64,000 nucleotides of DNA from contig CABKMV010000007.1 of NCBI GenBank assembly GCA_902373635.1, forward strand, positions 2,020-66,019, in the 5' to 3' direction. A model generated the notes under the pieces. It made no database searches, had not been told where the DNA came from, and was given only the letters and a program-made list of their open reading frames with translations. How positions within the stretch are numbered: the first letter of the stretch is position 1; each line of letters starts with the position of its first letter. Origin of the DNA: an uncultured Oscillospiraceae bacterium. GTDB taxonomy: Bacteria > Bacillota > Clostridia > Oscillospirales > Oscillospiraceae. This document shows, piece by piece, positions 36,166 through 45,302 of this stretch. Made by a program: the position numbers and the translations under genes.

Positions 36166-36198
36166 TCCCCCCTCCCCACGGCGGAGGGGGGATTTTTT
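36166..36198 (+). terminator. intrinsic terminator after the lipoprotein gene
   Basis: TCCCCCCTCC...GGAGGGGGGA followed by TTTTTT. Confidence 0.8.
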
Positions 36199-36227
36199 CA
36201 AATATTCGGGAAATATCGCTCTTTCTG

Positions 36228-36256
36228 TTGACTTTAGCTATTAAAAGTAGTAAAGT
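36228..36256 (+). promoter_or_regulatory. promoter for the acyl-CoA ligase / SSF / iorAB operon
   Basis: TTGACT, 17-nt spacer, TAAAGT. 26/30 identical to the promoter at 42047. Confidence 0.6.
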
Positions 36257-36285
36257 ATCCATGGTGTATACAAGGGGGATTCTTT

Positions 36286-36323
36286 CGCTCTCTGCCGTAT
36301 GCGCAGAGGGCGGATTTTTTATT
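36286..36323 (+). terminator. leader attenuator hairpin upstream of the acyl-CoA ligase gene
   Basis: CGCTCTCTGC-loop-GCAGAGGGCG followed by GATTTTTTATT, 34 nt before the ATG. Confidence 0.55.
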
Positions 36324-36356
36324 CCGCTGCCCAACCTGATTTTTGGAGGAGAACGT

Positions 36357-37994
36357 ATGGTCATTACAGAATTTCTGGAGCGAAACGCCAGGCTCTACGG
36401 CGCGGAGACGGCGCTGGTGGAGCTGAGCCCTTCGGAGGAGCGTGACAGAGCTGTCACATGGCGGGAGGCGCAGCTGATCGAGAGCGCCCAGCCGGACGCG
36501 CCCTACCGGCGGGAGATGAGCTGGGCGGACTTTGACCGGAGAGCCAACCGCTTCGCCAACCTGCTGCTCAGCCGGGGCGTCCAGCGGGAGACCAAGGTTG
36601 GCATTCTCATGATGAACTGCCTGGAATGGCTGCCCATCTACTTCGGTATTCTAAAGGCCGGATGCATCGCCGTGCCGCTGAACTTCCGCTACTCCAGCGA
36701 TGAGATCAAATACTGCCTGGAGCTGGCGGATGTGGAGGTGCTGGTCTTCGGCCCGGAGTTCGTGGGCCGGATGGACGTTATTGAAGAGAGCCTTCCCCAG
36801 GTGCGGATGAAGTTCTTTGTGGGCCACGACGGCCCCGGCTATACGGAGGACTGCCTCAGGCTCATGGGCTTCTGCTCCTCCAGCCCGCCCCCGGTGGCCC
36901 TGGAGGAGACGGATTACGCCGCTATCTACTTCTCCTCCGGCACCACAGGCTTCCCCAAGGCTATCCTGCACAACCACCGCGCCCTTCTCTGCTCCTGTCA
37001 GGCGGAGCAGAACCACCACGGCCAGACCAGAAACGACGTCTTTCTCTGCATCCCGCCCCTGTACCACACCGGCGCCAAGATGCACTGGTTCGGCAGCCTG
37101 ATCTCCGGAAGCAAGGCGGTGCTGCTGCGGGGTGTAAAGCCGGAGTGGATCCTGCGGGCCGTCACGGAGGAGCGGTGTACCATTGTGTGGCTTCTGGTGC
37201 CCTGGTGCCAGGATCTGCTGGACGCCATCGAATCCGGGAAGGTGGATCTGAACAACTACTTGCTGGACCAGTGGAGGCTGATGCATATCGGCGCCCAGCC
37301 GGTGCCCCCCAGCCTGATCCACCGTTGGATGAAGATCTTCCCCCACCACCAGTACGACACCAACTACGGCCTGAGCGAGTCCATTGGCCCCGGCTGCGTC
37401 CACCTGGGCGTGGAGAATATCCACAAGGTGGGGGCTATCGGCAAGGCGGGCTACCAGTGGCAGGCCCGGATCGTGGACGACAAGGGCCAGGACACGGCCC
37501 AGGGGGATATTGGCGAGCTGATCGTCAAAGGCCCCGGCGTCATGCTCTGCTACTACAAGAATCCCGAAGCCACGGCTGAAATTTTAAAGGACGGCTGGCT
37601 CTACACCGGCGACATGGCCCGGATGGACGAGGACGGCTTCATCTACCTGGTGGACCGGAAAAAGGACGTGGTCATCTCCGGCGGCGAGAACCTGTATCCG
37701 GTGCAGATCGAGGACTTTTTGCGGAAATTCGATAAGATCAAGGACGTGGCCGTCATCGGCCTGCCGGACCCCCGCCTGGGGGAGATCGCCGCCGCCATCA
37801 TCGAGATCAAGGAGGGGCTTACCTCCTCGGAGGAGGAGATCAACAACTTCTGCAGGGAGCTGCCCCGCTACAAGCGCCCCCGGAGGATCATCTTCGACAA
37901 GGTCCCCCGCAACCCCACCGGCAAGATCGAAAAGCCTGTCCTGCGGGAGAAATACTGCCACGGCCGCCTGGTGGAGGCGCAGATCAGCAATTGA
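36357..37994 (+). CDS. AMP-dependent acyl-CoA synthetase/ligase
   Basis: 545 aa from MVITEFLERNA after GGAGGAG. AMP-binding motifs YFSSGTTGFPK, YGLSE, TGDMARMDEDGFIYLVDRKKD. Confidence 0.85.
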   Translation: MVITEFLERNARLYGAETALVELSPSEERDRAVTWREAQLIESAQPDAPYRREMSWADFDRRANRFANLLLSRGVQRETKVGILMMNCLEWLPIYFGILKAGCIAVPLNFRYSSDEIKYCLELADVEVLVFGPEFVGRMDVIEESLPQVRMKFFVGHDGPGYTEDCLRLMGFCSSSPPPVALEETDYAAIYFSSGTTGFPKAILHNHRALLCSCQAEQNHHGQTRNDVFLCIPPLYHTGAKMHWFGSLISGSKAVLLRGVKPEWILRAVTEERCTIVWLLVPWCQDLLDAIESGKVDLNNYLLDQWRLMHIGAQPVPPSLIHRWMKIFPHHQYDTNYGLSESIGPGCVHLGVENIHKVGAIGKAGYQWQARIVDDKGQDTAQGDIGELIVKGPGVMLCYYKNPEATAEILKDGWLYTGDMARMDEDGFIYLVDRKKDVVISGGENLYPVQIEDFLRKFDKIKDVAVIGLPDPRLGEIAAAIIEIKEGLTSSEEEINNFCRELPRYKRPRRIIFDKVPRNPTGKIEKPVLREKYCHGRLVEAQISN

Positions 37995-38031
37995 GGGCCC
38001 GCAGCCAACTATTAGAGAGGGAGAAAATACT

Positions 38032-39585
38032 ATGGATATGTTCATCAAGCTGGCAATGCTCGTTATTTTCTTTGGCGTGATGGTAGGCATCGGCCTCTAC
38101 TGCCGCCGCCATGCCACCGACGTCAACGGCTTCGTCCTGGGAGGACGGTCCGTGGGCCCCTGGCTCACCGCTTTTGCCTACGGCACCAGTTACTTCTCCG
38201 CCGTTGTCTTTGTGGGCTACGCCGGCCAGTTTGGCTGGAAGTACGGCATCGCCGCCACCTGGGCGGGCCTTGGCAACGCCTTTTTGGGCTCTCTGCTGGC
38301 CTGGGTGGTCCTGGGCCGCCGCACCCGCGTCATGACCCAGCATCTGGACAGCGCCACCATGCCTGAGTTTTTCGGCAAGCGTTTCGGCAGCACGCCCCTG
38401 AAGCTGGCCGCCTCCGTTATCATCTTCATTTTCCTGATTCCCTACACCGCCTCCCTGTATAACGGACTGAGCCGCCTCTTCGCCATGGCTTTCGACATCG
38501 ACTACTCCGTTTGCGTCGTTGTCATGGCTGTGCTCACCGGCATCTACGTCATCGCCGGCGGCTATATGGCCACCGCTATCAACGACTTCATCCAGGGGAT
38601 CATCATGATCTTCGGCATCATCGCCGTAATATTGGCGGTCCTCAACAGCCAGGGCGGCTTTTTGGCCGCTCTGGAGAAGCTGGCCCAGGTCAACGACCCC
38701 ACCGTCTCCTCCGCCCCCGGCGTGTTCGCCTCCTTCTTCGGCCCGGACCCCGTCAACCTGCTGGGCGTGGTGCTGCTGACCAGCCTGGGTACCTGGGGCC
38801 TGCCCCAGATGGTGCAGAAATTCTACGCCATCAAGAGCGAGGCCGCCATCAGCAAGGGAACCGTCATCTCCACCATCTTCGCCGTCATTGTCTCCGGCGG
38901 CTGCTACTTCCTGGGCGGCTTCGGCCGTCTCTTCAGCGACAAGATCGACATCGCCGCCAACGGCTACGACTCTGTCGTCCCCACCATGCTCTCCGGCCTG
39001 CCCACGATTCTGATCGCCGTGGTGGTCATTCTGGTGCTCTCCGCCTCCATGTCCACCCTGTCCTCCCTGGTGCTGGCCTCCAGTTCCACCTTGACGTTGG
39101 ACTTCATTAAGGGTAATATAATAAAAGATATGGACGAAAAGCGGCAAGTGAAGTGGATGCGTGGCCTGGTCGTGGTGTTTATCACTATCTCCGTGGTGCT
39201 GGCCCTGATCCAGTACCGATCCAGCGTCACTTTCATCGCTCAGCTGATGGGCGTATCCTGGGGCGCTCTGGCGGGCGCGTTCCTGGCCCCCTTCCTGTAC
39301 GGCCTGTATTGGAAGCGGACCACCAAGGCGGCCTGCTGGGTCAGCTTTATCTTCTCCACCGTGGTCATGCTGGCCAACATCTTTGTCCGCTCCAGCTTCC
39401 CCGCGCTGCTTCAGTCCCCCATCAACGCCGGCGCGTTCTGTATGCTCGCCGGACTGGTCCTTGTACCGGTGGTCAGCCTCTTCACCAGGGCTCCCGCCAA
39501 GGAGCGCCTGGAGGAGGTATTCTCCTGCTACGATCAGAAGGTAACGGTCTCTGTGCGGGACTCCATCGGCGACCAGAACAACTAA
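38032..39585 (+). CDS. sodium:solute symporter family (SSF) transporter
   Basis: 517 aa, ~13 TM. SSF-like pattern (GGRSVGPWLTAFAYGTSYFSA...). Confidence 0.82.
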   Translation: MDMFIKLAMLVIFFGVMVGIGLYCRRHATDVNGFVLGGRSVGPWLTAFAYGTSYFSAVVFVGYAGQFGWKYGIAATWAGLGNAFLGSLLAWVVLGRRTRVMTQHLDSATMPEFFGKRFGSTPLKLAASVIIFIFLIPYTASLYNGLSRLFAMAFDIDYSVCVVVMAVLTGIYVIAGGYMATAINDFIQGIIMIFGIIAVILAVLNSQGGFLAALEKLAQVNDPTVSSAPGVFASFFGPDPVNLLGVVLLTSLGTWGLPQMVQKFYAIKSEAAISKGTVISTIFAVIVSGGCYFLGGFGRLFSDKIDIAANGYDSVVPTMLSGLPTILIAVVVILVLSASMSTLSSLVLASSSTLTLDFIKGNIIKDMDEKRQVKWMRGLVVVFITISVVLALIQYRSSVTFIAQLMGVSWGALAGAFLAPFLYGLYWKRTTKAACWVSFIFSTVVMLANIFVRSSFPALLQSPINAGAFCMLAGLVLVPVVSLFTRAPAKERLEEVFSCYDQKVTVSVRDSIGDQNN

Positions 39586-39601
39586 CAGGAGGAATCCAGC
39601 T

Positions 39602-41344
39602 ATGAAAACCTTGCTGCTGGGCAACGAAGCGGTTGCCAGGGGCCTCTACGAGGCCGGCTGCTCCTTCATCTCCAGCTACCCCGGCACCCCCAGCACGGAG
39701 ATCACCGAGTGCGCCGCCAAGTATGAGGAAATTTACGCGGAGTGGGCCCCCAACGAGAAAGTGGCTATGGAGGCGGCCTTCGGCGCGTCCCTGGCGGGGC
39801 GGCGCAGCTTCTGCGGCATGAAGCATGTGGGCCTCAATGTGGCCGCCGACCCCCTTTTCACCATCTCCTATACCGGCATAAACGCGGGCATGATCGTCGG
39901 CGTGGCTGACGACGCGGGGATGCACTCCTCCCAGAACGAGCAGGACTCCCGCCACTACGCCAGGGCGGCCAAGCTGCCCATGCTGGAGCCCGCCGACTCC
40001 GCCGAGGCCCTCAGCTTCACCAAGCTGGCCTACGAACTCTCCGAGCAGTTCGACACCCCGGTGCTGATGAAGATGTGCACCCGGGTCTCCCACTCCCAGA
40101 GCGTTGTGGAGCTGGGCCAGCGGGAGATGCCGGAGCAGAAGACATACGAGAAAAACGGCGCGAAGTACATTATGATGCCCGGCAACGCCAAGCGCCGCCA
40201 CCCCATTGTGGAGGAGCGGACAAAGGCTCTGACAGCCTGGGCTGAGAGCGCCTGCGTCAACCGTGTGGAGGATGGCATGGACAAGTCCATGGGCGTCATC
40301 ACCTCCTCCACCAGCTATCAGTATGTGAAGGAGGCCTGCGGCGACCGTTATCCCGTCCTGAAACTGGGCCTCATCTATCCCCTGCCGGTTCAAAAGATCC
40401 GCGATTTTGCCGCGTCTGTGGGCAAAGTGGTTGTTGTGGAGGAGCTGGACGGCTTTATTGAGACCCACTGCCGGAACATCGGCGTGGAGGTCGCAGGCAA
40501 GGAGCTCTTTTCCTGCATCGATGAGCTGAGCCAGAACATCGTCTCTGAAAAACTGGGTCTGGGCGGGCGTACCGGTGTGAAGCTGGCGGAGGACATCCCC
40601 GCCCGTCCCCCGGTGATGTGCGCGGGCTGTCCCCACCGTGGCCTGTTCTACACCTTGAAGCAGAATAAGTGCACCGTCATGGGCGACATCGGCTGCTATA
40701 CGCTGGGCGCGGTGGCCCCCCTAGGCGCTATCGACACCACCATCTGCATGGGCGCCTCTGTATCCAGCATCCACGGCTTCAACAAGGCCAACGGCGGCGA
40801 GAGCGAGGGCAGGACCGTGGCCGTCATCGGCGACTCCACCTTCATGCACTCCGGCGTGACGGGCCTGATCAATATCGCCTACAACGAGTCCAACTCCACG
40901 GTCATCATCCTGGACAACTCCATCACCGGCATGACCGGCCACCAGCAGAACCCCACCACCGGCTACAACCTGAAGGGCGACCCCTGCACCAAGATCGACC
41001 TGGAGAGCCTGTGCAGATCTGTGGGCATTAACCGGGTGCGGGTGGTGGACCCCTACGATCTGGCCCAGTGCGACCAGGCGCTCAAGGAGGAGCTGGCGGC
41101 GAAGGAACCCTCGGTCATCATCTCCCGCCGTCCCTGCGCCCTGCTCAAGTATGTCAAGCACCCCGGCCCCATCGCCTCCGACCTGGACAAGTGTGTGGGC
41201 TGCAAGAGCTGTATGCGCATCGGCTGCCCCGCTATCAGCATTGCCGACGGCAAGGCCCGGATCGACGCCACCCTCTGCGTGGGCTGCGGCGTGTGTACCC
41301 AGCTGTGCAAATTTGACGCCCTGGGCGGCAAGAAGGAGGCGTGA
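39602..41344 (+). CDS. iorA: indolepyruvate:ferredoxin oxidoreductase subunit alpha
   Basis: 580 aa. N-terminus LLGNEAVARG..EAG....SYPGTPSTEI, TPP-binding region GDSTFMHSG, and a C-terminal 2x[4Fe-4S] motif (C.GC..C...CP, C.GCG.C). Confidence 0.9.
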   Translation: MKTLLLGNEAVARGLYEAGCSFISSYPGTPSTEITECAAKYEEIYAEWAPNEKVAMEAAFGASLAGRRSFCGMKHVGLNVAADPLFTISYTGINAGMIVGVADDAGMHSSQNEQDSRHYARAAKLPMLEPADSAEALSFTKLAYELSEQFDTPVLMKMCTRVSHSQSVVELGQREMPEQKTYEKNGAKYIMMPGNAKRRHPIVEERTKALTAWAESACVNRVEDGMDKSMGVITSSTSYQYVKEACGDRYPVLKLGLIYPLPVQKIRDFAASVGKVVVVEELDGFIETHCRNIGVEVAGKELFSCIDELSQNIVSEKLGLGGRTGVKLAEDIPARPPVMCAGCPHRGLFYTLKQNKCTVMGDIGCYTLGAVAPLGAIDTTICMGASVSSIHGFNKANGGESEGRTVAVIGDSTFMHSGVTGLINIAYNESNSTVIILDNSITGMTGHQQNPTTGYNLKGDPCTKIDLESLCRSVGINRVRVVDPYDLAQCDQALKEELAAKEPSVIISRRPCALLKYVKHPGPIASDLDKCVGCKSCMRIGCPAISIADGKARIDATLCVGCGVCTQLCKFDALGGKKEA

Positions 41345-41346
41345 GT

Positions 41347-41919
41347 ATGGAAACGAAAAACATCATGATCGTCGGCGTGGGCGGCCAGGGCACGCTGCTG
41401 GCCAGCAAGCTGCTGGGCCGGATGCTGCTGGGCAAGGGCTACGACGTGAAGGTCAGCGAGGTCCACGGCATGAGCCAGCGGGGCGGCAGCGTCGTTACCT
41501 ATGTCCGCTACGGCGGGAAGGTCTACTCCCCCGTTATTGACAAGGGCCAGGCGGATGTGATCCTCTCCTTTGAGCTGCTGGAGGCCGCCCGGTGGACGGA
41601 GTATCTCAAGCCGGGCGGACGTATCATCACCAATACCCAGCAGGTCAACCCCATGCCCGTCATCACCGGCGCTGCGGAGTATCCCCAGGGCCTGGAGGAG
41701 AAAATGCGGGGCGCCGGTATCGACCTGGATGCCATCGACGCCCTCTCTCTGGCCGAGGAGGCCGGCAGCGCCAAGGCGGTGAATATTGTGCTCATGGGCA
41801 GGCTCTCCAAGTGGTTCGACTTTACGGAGGAGGAGTGGCTGGAAGCCATCGAGCAGAGTGTGCCGCCTAAGTTCCTGGAGATGAACAGGAAGGCATTCCA
41901 TCTGGGCAGAAACGCCTGA
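41347..41919 (+). CDS. iorB: indolepyruvate:ferredoxin oxidoreductase subunit beta
   Basis: 190 aa. IVGVGGQGTLLASK motif. ATG 8 nt after GAAGGAGG. Confidence 0.88.
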   Translation: METKNIMIVGVGGQGTLLASKLLGRMLLGKGYDVKVSEVHGMSQRGGSVVTYVRYGGKVYSPVIDKGQADVILSFELLEAARWTEYLKPGGRIITNTQQVNPMPVITGAAEYPQGLEEKMRGAGIDLDAIDALSLAEEAGSAKAVNIVLMGRLSKWFDFTEEEWLEAIEQSVPPKFLEMNRKAFHLGRNA

Positions 41920-41950
41920 CCGGGCGGTTTGGGTAAAGACAGGCAAAAAA

Positions 41951-41989
41951 GCCGGCGGGGGCCATTGTCCCCCGCCGGCATCTGTTTTC
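41951..41989 (+). terminator. intrinsic terminator after iorB
   Basis: GCCGGCGGGGG...CCCCCGCCGGC followed by ATCTGTTTT. Confidence 0.8.
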
Positions 41990-42046
41990 GGGCGCTCCAA
42001 GCAGGCAAAATCTTGCCAAATCTTTGCCATGCGCCTCACTGCCGCA

Positions 42047-42075
42047 TTGACTTTATCTATTGAAAGTGGTAGAGT
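42047..42075 (+). promoter_or_regulatory. promoter for the paaK / ACT / aminotransferase operon
   Basis: TTGACT, 17-nt spacer, TGgTAGAGT. Near-duplicate of the promoter at 36228. Confidence 0.6.
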
Positions 42076-42130
42076 AAAAAAGGAATATTTTTGGCCGCGG
42101 GCCTACATATCAACACCAAGGAGACCAGCT

Positions 42131-43429
42131 ATGGAGCGTTATTTTCAGCCTGAGATCGAGTGCGCCTCCCGGGAACAGATCCTGGCGTGGCAGAACGAGC
42201 GCCTGGTGAAACAGGTCCGGCATGTGTGGGACAACGTCCCCTACTACCGCAAAAAGATGGAGGAAAAGGGGCTGACTCCCGACGATATCCAAGGCGTGGA
42301 GGATCTGCACAAGCTGCCCTTCCTCACCAAGGACGACCTGCGGGACGCCTACCCCTACGGCCTGCTGGCCAAGCCCCTGAAGGATTGCGTCCGGATCCAG
42401 TCCACTTCCGGCACCACCGGCCGCCGTGTGGTGGCCTTCTACACCCAGCACGATATTGACCTGTGGGAGGACTGCTGTGCCCGGGCCATTGTGGCCGCCG
42501 GCGGCACGGACGAGGACGTGTGCCACGTCTCCTACGGCTACGGCCTCTTTACCGGCGGCCCCGGCCTCAACGGCGGCAGCCATAAGGTGGGCTGCCTGAC
42601 CCTGCCCATGAGCTCCGGCAACACCGACCGCCAGCTCCAATTCATGGTGGATCTGGGCTCCACCATTCTCTGCTGCACCCCCTCCTACGCCGCCTACCTG
42701 GCCGAGAGCATCCACGAGCGGGGCCTTCGGGACCAGATCAAGCTGAAGGCCGGTATCTTCGGCGCCGAGGCCTGGAGCGAGGAGATGCGCCGGGACATCG
42801 AGGACAAACTGGGCATTAAGGCCTATGACATCTACGGCCTCACCGAGACCAGCGGCCCGGGCGTCAGCTTTGAGTGCAGCGAGCAGACCGGCATGCACAT
42901 CAACGAAGACCACTTCATTGCTGAGATCATCGACCCCGATACCGGCGAGGTCCTGCCCGAGGGCAGCAAAGGCGAGCTGGTGTTCACCTCCATCACCAAG
43001 GAGGCATTCCCCCTGCTGCGCTACCGCACCCGGGACATCTGCGTGCTCACCCGGAAGAAGTGCTCCTGCGGCCGCACCCATGTGAAGATGAGCAAACCCA
43101 TGGGCCGCAGCGACGACATGCTCATCGTCAAGGGTGTCAACGTCTTCCCCTCCCAGATCGAGACCGTTCTGTTGGAGCAGGGCTATCCCGCCAACTACCA
43201 GATCATCGTGGACCGGGTCAACAACTCCGACACCCTGGAGGTCATGGTGGAGATGACTGCGGAGAACTTCTCCGACAACCTGGGCAAGATCACGGAGATG
43301 GAGAAGGGCCTGGTGGCCGCGCTGAAGGCTATGCTGGGCATTTACGCCAAGGTCCGCCTGGTGGCCCCCAAGTCCATCACCCGCAGCGAGGGCAAGGCCG
43401 TCCGCGTCATCGACAAGCGCAAGATTTGA
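42131..43429 (+). CDS. paaK: phenylacetate--CoA ligase family protein
   Basis: 432 aa from MERYFQPEIE. SSGTTG-like motif STSGTTGRRV, YGLTE, and a PaaK C-terminal domain. AAGGAGA SD. Confidence 0.88.
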   Translation: MERYFQPEIECASREQILAWQNERLVKQVRHVWDNVPYYRKKMEEKGLTPDDIQGVEDLHKLPFLTKDDLRDAYPYGLLAKPLKDCVRIQSTSGTTGRRVVAFYTQHDIDLWEDCCARAIVAAGGTDEDVCHVSYGYGLFTGGPGLNGGSHKVGCLTLPMSSGNTDRQLQFMVDLGSTILCCTPSYAAYLAESIHERGLRDQIKLKAGIFGAEAWSEEMRRDIEDKLGIKAYDIYGLTETSGPGVSFECSEQTGMHINEDHFIAEIIDPDTGEVLPEGSKGELVFTSITKEAFPLLRYRTRDICVLTRKKCSCGRTHVKMSKPMGRSDDMLIVKGVNVFPSQIETVLLEQGYPANYQIIVDRVNNSDTLEVMVEMTAENFSDNLGKITEMEKGLVAALKAMLGIYAKVRLVAPKSITRSEGKAVRVIDKRKI

Positions 43430-43446
43430 AAAGGAGGAGCGACGAT

Positions 43447-43878
43447 ATGACCATACATCAGATCTCCGTATTTCTGGAGAACCGTTCCGGCCAGCTGGCC
43501 GATATCACTGCAACCCTCTCTGAAAACCATGTTGACCTGCGGGCCATCAATATCGCCGAGACCGCGGATTACGGCGTGCTGCGCCTGATCGTGGACGACG
43601 CCCAGCGGGCCTCCTCCATCCTTCTGGAGCATGGGTTCATCCTGACCATGACCCCGGTGGTGGCGGTGGCTGTTCCCGACCGCCCCGGCGGGCTGAGCGA
43701 GGTGCTGGGCATCCTCTCCAAGTCCAACATCGACATTGAGTATATGTACTCCGTCTTTGGCCAGAAAAACGGACTGGCCTACATGATCTTCCGCGTCAGC
43801 GACACGGCGGCTCTGAACGCCGTCCTGGAGGAAAACGGCCTTGCCGCCGTCTCCGGCCAGGAGCTGGGCGTACACTGA
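43447..43878 (+). CDS. tandem ACT-domain protein
   Basis: 143 aa. Two ACT-like halves (ISVFLENRSGQLADIT..., VAVAVPDRPGGLSEVL...). AAGGAGGAG SD. Confidence 0.8.
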   Translation: MTIHQISVFLENRSGQLADITATLSENHVDLRAINIAETADYGVLRLIVDDAQRASSILLEHGFILTMTPVVAVAVPDRPGGLSEVLGILSKSNIDIEYMYSVFGQKNGLAYMIFRVSDTAALNAVLEENGLAAVSGQELGVH

Positions 43879-43904
43879 GAACGCAATAGGCATACATAAG
43901 GCAT

Positions 43905-43965
43905 ACATACTTTTCTTAAAAGAAAAGCATCAAAAGAATTTTATTCGCAAAATATTCGTTTTGCT
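43905..43965 (+). repeat. two-hairpin intergenic element, copy B
   Basis: CTTTTCTT-AA-AAGAAAAG, then CATCAAAAGAA, then GCAAAA-TATTC-GTTTTGC. Same order and spacing as copy A. Confidence 0.6.
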
Positions 43966-43976
43966 CACGAAAGGAA

Positions 43977-45155
43977 ATGACTATCATGCAGGAAATGAGC
44001 AGAAAAAACGCGATGTTTACCGACTCCGTCATCCGCCGGATGACCCGCATCGCCCTTGACTGCGGGGCTATCAACCTGGCCCAGGGCTTCCCCGATTTCG
44101 ACCCTCCGAAGGCCATACTGGACCGTCTGGAGGAGGTGAGCCACCTCGGCCCCCATCAGTATCCCATCACCATGGGCGCGCCCAACTTCCGCGAGGCCCT
44201 GGCCCGGAAGTGCGGCCGCTTCATGGGCCGCAAACTGGATCCCAATACGGAGATGGTTGTGACCATCGGCTCCACCGAGGCCATGGTGGACACCATTTTT
44301 GCCCTGACCAACCCCGGGGACAAGATCGCCATGTTCTCCCCCTACTTCGAGAACTACCGGGCCCAGGCCATTATGGCCGACTGCGAGCCGGTCTTCATCC
44401 CCCTTGTCCCCCCTACCTTTGACTTCGATCCCAATGTTCTGGAGGACGCCTTCAGGCAGGGCGTCAAAGCCATTCTGATCTGCAACCCCTCCAACCCCAG
44501 CGGCAAGGTATTCACCTACGACGAGCTGAAACTGATCGCGGATCTGTGCATCAAGTACGATGTGTACGCCATCATGGACGAGGTATATGAGCATATCATC
44601 TACGACGGAAACAAGCACACCTACATGAACAGCCTTCCCGGCATGTGGGAGCGGACGGTGAGCTGCTCCAGCCTCTCCAAGACCTACTCCATCACCGGCT
44701 GGCGCCTGGGCTACGCCATTGCCCCCAAGGAGATCATGGACCGCATCAAGCAGTACCACGACTTCAACACCGTGGGCGCCCCCTCCCCCCTGATGGAGGC
44801 CGCCGTGGTGGGGCTGGACATGCCGGACAGCTACTATGAGGAGTTTGGCGCCCACTACGCCCACATGAAGAAGCTCTTCACCGACGGGCTGAGGAACATC
44901 GGCATCCCCTTCACCGATCCCCAGGGCGCCTACTTCGTCCTGGCCAACATCGGGCCCTACCTGAAGAAGGGCCAGACGGATGTGGAGTTCTGTGAGGAGA
45001 TGGCCCATAAGGTGGGCGTGGCCTGCGTGCCCGGCACCTCCTTCTTCAACGAGAAGGGCGTCAACGACATCGTCCGCGTCCACTTCGCCAAGCTGGACAC
45101 CACCCTCAACGAGGCCCTGGACCGTCTCAGCCACATCAAGGAGAAGATGGCGTAA
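43977..45155 (+). CDS. class I/II pyridoxal-phosphate-dependent aminotransferase
   Basis: 392 aa. INLAQGFPDF, NPSNPSGKV, SLSKTYSITGWRLGY. The start may instead be the ATG at 43986. Confidence 0.85.
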   Translation: MTIMQEMSRKNAMFTDSVIRRMTRIALDCGAINLAQGFPDFDPPKAILDRLEEVSHLGPHQYPITMGAPNFREALARKCGRFMGRKLDPNTEMVVTIGSTEAMVDTIFALTNPGDKIAMFSPYFENYRAQAIMADCEPVFIPLVPPTFDFDPNVLEDAFRQGVKAILICNPSNPSGKVFTYDELKLIADLCIKYDVYAIMDEVYEHIIYDGNKHTYMNSLPGMWERTVSCSSLSKTYSITGWRLGYAIAPKEIMDRIKQYHDFNTVGAPSPLMEAAVVGLDMPDSYYEEFGAHYAHMKKLFTDGLRNIGIPFTDPQGAYFVLANIGPYLKKGQTDVEFCEEMAHKVGVACVPGTSFFNEKGVNDIVRVHFAKLDTTLNEALDRLSHIKEKMA

Positions 45156-45185
45156 TATCCAAAAACGGCCGCGCCGCTTTTTGAG

Positions 45186-45220
45186 AGCTGGGGCCCCTAG
45201 GGGCCCCAGCTTTGGTTTTC
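45186..45220 (+). terminator. intrinsic terminator after the aminotransferase gene
   Basis: AGCTGGGGCCCC-TA-GGGGCCCCAGCT followed by TTGGTTTT. Confidence 0.75.
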
Positions 45221-45302
45221 CAAATGGATCGTCTGTAAATGGCTGTGCCCATGACATACTTGATATACTTGCAATAACATGGGGAAAAAGAGGTGATCTC
45301 TC

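Noticed and set aside
41990-42046. The short repeat CAAAATCTTGCC / AAATCTTTGCC upstream of the paaK promoter as a regulatory direct repeat.
   Set aside because: There is only one imperfect pair, it is short and low-complexity, and no counterpart exists upstream of the twin promoter at 36228.
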